A model generated the notes under the pieces. That model saw only the letters and a program-made list of their open reading frames with translations. It searched no databases and was not told where the DNA came from. The translations under genes and the position numbers were made by a program. Of a DNA stretch of 55,877 nt, positions 53,319 to 55,877 are shown in pieces; position 1 is the first letter of the stretch, and the number at the start of each line of letters is the position of its first letter. The stretch lies in contig JBBIPG010000006.1 of assembly GCA_037442925.1 (NCBI GenBank), positions 1-55,877 on the forward strand, written 5' to 3'. The DNA comes from Candidatus Fraserbacteria bacterium. Its GTDB lineage: Bacteria; Bipolaricaulota; Bipolaricaulia; RBG-16-55-9.

Positions 53319-54932
53319 ATGTTCGAAGGGAACATGATGATACTCTGGCTGGTCTTGATTGCCATCGTCTTGCTGGCTGGTGGCTACTGGGTGGGCGCCC
53401 GGCGTTCAGCTCGCCAGCGAGCAGAAGACCGTCGCCGCGCCGAAGAAGAGCGGACCAAACACGAAGAGCTGGCGAAGACATATGAACAACGGGTCAAAGA
53501 GGCTGAGGAAAACGAGTATCGCCTTAGGCGCCAATTTGAAGAAGAGCGGGCGAAGTATGACGAACTGCGTCGTGCTCACGAACAACAAGAGAAGCACTGG
53601 CAAGAAAGCGAGAGACGGCTGCGGCATCGCGAGGAGAAGTTGGAGCAGTTGGAAGAACGGCTGCTTCGGCGTGATCAGCGACTCGACCAGAAATCCGCGG
53701 AACTGCAGAAGATCGAAAGCGCCCTGAGTGAGGATCGCGAGCGGATCTTGCAGCTCATCACTCAGGGGGAAGCGCTCTTGGCGGGGGAGCGCCAGCGCCT
53801 CGAGGAGCTGGCGGGACTCACCCAAGAACAGGCACGAGAAGAGTTGATGAAACGGGTGAGCGAAGAGGCCGAGCACTTTTTTGCCAAGAAGATCCGTGAA
53901 CTCAAGGAACGAGCGGAAGAGACGGCAGAGCGCGAGGCGCGCAAGATCGTCGCCACAGCCATTCAGCGATACGCCGCGGATGAGGTGGAACTCTCGACGG
54001 TGAGCCTCGTGCCTCTTCCCGACAATGAATTCAAAGGACGGGTGATTGGGAGAGAAGGGCGCAACATTCGCACCTTCGAGGCACTTACGGGCGTGGATGT
54101 CTTAGTCGATGACACGCCGGACACGGTGGTGTTGTCATGTTTCAGTCCCATTCGGCGCGAGATCGCTCGGTTGGCATTGCAGAAGTTAGTCGAGGATGGG
54201 CGGATTCACCCCGCCCAGATCAAAAAACAAGTAGAACAGGCCCGAGAGCGCGTGGCTCAGCGCATCAAAGAAGAGGGCGAAAAGGCAGTCATGGAGGCCG
54301 GCTTGGACGGTGTCCATCCGGAGCTGGTGAAGCTCTTGGGGCGCTTGAAGTTCCGCACAAGCTACGGCCAGAATCAGCTGCAACACTCGTTGGAAGTGGC
54401 GTTCATCGCCGGAGCCTTGGCCAATGAGCTGGGACTCGATCCAAAGCCTGCTCGTCGAGCGGGATTGCTCCACGATATTGGAAAAGCCGTCGATCACAAG
54501 GTGGAAGGGTCCCACTCCCTCATCAGCGCGGAGCTGGCTTGGCGGTATCACGAGCCAGAGGACATCGTCCACGCCATCGCGGCCCACAACGAAGAGGTGG
54601 AACCCCAGTCGGTTCTGGCGGTGCTCATCCAGGCGGCTGACACGCTCTCTGCCGCACGTCCGGGAGCCCGTCAGGAGACCTTCGAGGCTTACGTCCAGCG
54701 CTTGAGCGCTCTCGAAGAGCTGTGCCATTCCTTCCCGGGCGTAGAGGAAGCCTACGCCATTCAGGCGGGGCGCGAGGTGCGTGTCATGGTCAAACCCGAA
54801 GAAGTGAGCGATGATATCGCGGCCAAGCTATCGTTCGAGATCGCGCGCACCATCGAAGAAGAGCTGGATTATCCCGGAGAGATCAAAGTACAAGTGATTC
54901 GTAGCGTACAGTTCACCGAGCGCGCCCGCTAG
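53319..54932 (+). CDS. rny: Ribonuclease Y
   Basis: TM, coiled coil, KH 'KGRVIGREGRNIR', HD 'LLHDIGK', 'SAARPGAR'. Confidence 0.97.
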   Translation: MFEGNMMILWLVLIAIVLLAGGYWVGARRSARQRAEDRRRAEEERTKHEELAKTYEQRVKEAEENEYRLRRQFEEERAKYDELRRAHEQQEKHWQESERRLRHREEKLEQLEERLLRRDQRLDQKSAELQKIESALSEDRERILQLITQGEALLAGERQRLEELAGLTQEQAREELMKRVSEEAEHFFAKKIRELKERAEETAEREARKIVATAIQRYAADEVELSTVSLVPLPDNEFKGRVIGREGRNIRTFEALTGVDVLVDDTPDTVVLSCFSPIRREIARLALQKLVEDGRIHPAQIKKQVEQARERVAQRIKEEGEKAVMEAGLDGVHPELVKLLGRLKFRTSYGQNQLQHSLEVAFIAGALANELGLDPKPARRAGLLHDIGKAVDHKVEGSHSLISAELAWRYHEPEDIVHAIAAHNEEVEPQSVLAVLIQAADTLSAARPGARQETFEAYVQRLSALEELCHSFPGVEEAYAIQAGREVRVMVKPEEVSDDIAAKLSFEIARTIEEELDYPGEIKVQVIRSVQFTERAR

Positions 54933-55006
54933 TGAGTTCTCGAGCGCCTTGGTTGTACGGGAGATTCCATTCAGCTATACTAAGACACGCACGCAGGAGG
55001 CTCACG

Positions 55007-55405
55007 ATGGGTATTCTCAAGGTTTCCGCTCACTCGAACGCGACGGCGACAGCCGGGGCGCTGGCCAATACCATCCGACAGCAGGGACAAGCGGAGCTGC
55101 AAGGGATTGGTCCAAAAGCCGTCAATCAGGCAGTGAAAGCCATTGCCATCGCCCGCAGTTATCTGGCTTCCAGTGGCGTCGACCTGGTGAGCCTCCCGGA
55201 CTTCGTCGATGTCGAAATCGACGGCCAGCCCCGCACCGCTGTGCGCTTTCTTGTCAAGCCGCGACACCTTCTCGTGAAGGGTGATCAGGGTGCCAAAACT
55301 CCGACAGAGATGACAGAGATGGCCGCTCCTCCGCGAGAGTCCGCTTCTTTGGGAGATGCCCTCTCTGGCAAATCCATAGCGGATCTCTCGGAGGAGACGC
55401 CTTGA
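55007..55405 (+). CDS. spoVS: SpoVS family protein with a C-terminal extension
   Basis: 'ILKVSA...AGALA...AVNQAVKAIAIAR'; ATG behind AGGAGG. Confidence 0.93.
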   Translation: MGILKVSAHSNATATAGALANTIRQQGQAELQGIGPKAVNQAVKAIAIARSYLASSGVDLVSLPDFVDVEIDGQPRTAVRFLVKPRHLLVKGDQGAKTPTEMTEMAAPPRESASLGDALSGKSIADLSEETP

Positions 55406-55474
55406 CCGAGCGATCCATCGGAAACCACTAGAGGGAAGCCGCGTGAAATCTCAAACTGAGGTGAAGGAATTACC

Positions 55475-55877
55475 ATGCCACGAGCACAACATGGACGCAA
55501 ACTCTGGGTGAATATTGTCCTTTGGGGGATCATCATCGGATTTGGCCTAGGAGTGATCATCTACTTCATCCCAGGAGGCTTCCAGATCCTAGACACAAAC
55601 CCCGATCAAGCGCAAGACGCAGCGCTGATCGTCAACGGGGATAAGATCTTTCAGTCGGAAGTCGATTTCGCCTTGCAGTCGCTCATCGAGCAATATCGTC
55701 AGCTCTATCAACAGATCCAAAGCGATTTCGACGAGCAGCTCCAGGGGGCCAGCGGCGCCTACTATCAACTACAGCTACGCTCCCAGGCAGCAGATGGCTT
55801 GATCCGAAACCAGATTCTAAGACAAGAGGTTCGCAAGAGGAAGATCTCCGTTCCGCAGACGCAAGCAGATCTTAGGT
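55475..55877 (+). CDS. SurA N-terminal domain/PPIase-like chaperone (partial, runs off the window)
   Basis: N-terminal TM, then 'ALIVNGDKI..SE' and 'LIRNQILRQEVRKRKISV'. Confidence 0.65.
   Translation, partial: MPRAQHGRKLWVNIVLWGIIIGFGLGVIIYFIPGGFQILDTNPDQAQDAALIVNGDKIFQSEVDFALQSLIEQYRQLYQQIQSDFDEQLQGASGAYYQLQLRSQAADGLIRNQILRQEVRKRKISVPQTQADLR

Noticed and set aside
1..55877. tRNA, rRNA, integrase or transposase genes
   Set aside because: None recognised by eye; a covariance-model scan would be needed to exclude small ncRNAs.

Overview
Bacterial chromosomal window of fairly high GC. The gene mix (V/A-type ATPase, RNase Y-SpoVS, outer-membrane beta-barrels, SurA) suggests a diderm deep-branching lineage such as Bipolaricaulota/Acetothermia; this is inference only. 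(1) 1-11 kb, minus strand: the leader end of a CRISPR array, with a solitary degenerate repeat inside the leader, and a type I-A-like interference module (cas5, cas7, cas8 with a probable hidden internal cas11 start, cas3 with a C-terminal HD domain). Its cas6 is separated from cas3 by two toxin-antitoxin modules (AbiEi/AbiEii, Phd/RelE), a decayed second cas6 3' end and a SWIM-family gene lacking its zinc finger. No cas1/2/4 is visible. (2) 11.3-21.5 kb: complete V/A-type ATP synthase operon; subunit A carries a 531-aa LAGLIDADG intein in its P-loop. (3) 21.5-25.3 kb: sulfate-type ABC transporter with one permease and a CysA-USP-USP fusion. (4) 25.5-40.1 kb: a co-oriented ~14.6-kb redox/copper block. 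It holds a membrane-anchored OmpR-type wHTH regulator, Rrf2, a Tat protein, three cupredoxins, a CydA-like protein with no CydB, a membrane cytochrome c, two His-rich beta-propellers, Mrp, a PCP_red protein, a radical SAM-PCP_red fusion, a tandem USP and a split-barrel protein. The block is bracketed by two copies of one small unknown gene. (5) 40.5-55.9 kb: mostly housekeeping/envelope genes (M28 peptidase, SpoU methylase, infA, csp, OMPs, pgsA, RluA, nusA, MMPL, rny, spoVS, partial SurA-like). All calls come from motif reading; no database search was run.
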